From contig NC_068983.1 in assembly GCF_001194135.2 (NCBI RefSeq), positions 10,943,187 to 11,007,186 of the forward strand: a stretch of 64,000 nt of DNA. Reading direction: 5' to 3'. A program made the translations under genes and the position numbers. Numbering within the stretch: position 1 is the stretch's first letter; each line of letters starts with the position of its first letter. A model generated the notes under the pieces. It worked only from the letters and a program-made list of their open reading frames with translations, did not search any database and was not told where the DNA came from. Shown piece by piece: positions 63,823 to 64,000 of this stretch. The stretch comes from Octopus bimaculoides. Taxonomy: Eukaryota.

Positions 63823-64000
63823 GTGTAGCATATATGATACATGGACACTAGGGAATACACAGGCAAAAGGGTAAAAAACAAAGGATTTGATTGGCTGAGA
63901 TCAGTTGTTCCCAGCCTTCTCGCTACCAAGGATTCCTTTTAATATGCTTATCCTTATATATGTATGTGTGTGTGTGTGCGTGTATATAATATATATATAT

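Overview
AT-rich, repeat-dense animal genomic DNA from a gapped short-read assembly (11 N-gaps). The repeat families point to a coleoid cephalopod, probably Octopus (inference): tRNA-derived SINEs including a tRNA-Arg-headed OR-type family, RTE and jockey/CR1-group LINE remnants, and dense microsatellites. No complete gene, RNA gene or CRISPR array is present, and nearly all ORF-track entries are repeat, microsatellite or gap artefacts. Most of the window looks like intron and intergenic sequence, with CpG-rich zones at about 19.8-22.3 kb and 46.7-63 kb. Best gene evidence: (1) three candidate short first coding exons on the minus strand (48467, 21343, 20322), all ending in phase 1, plus a 57-nt internal exon at 106-50 that is open only in phase 1; (2) a long, ATG-poor first exon of a plus-strand gene ending at a donor at 61103/61104. 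Neither gene could be named. Transposon content: four SINE or SINE-like families, LINE RT fragments, a mariner fragment, Helitron pieces, piggyBac-, Tigger- and Merlin-like MITEs (the latter carrying TTAGGG-like repeats), and Penelope-like termini with decayed hammerhead-like cores. I found no convincing new biological system. The best leads are a possible recursive splice site, the alternative-first-exon model, an AUG-less 236-codon frame, inverted SINE arrays (candidate ADAR substrate) and telomere-repeat-bearing foldback elements.
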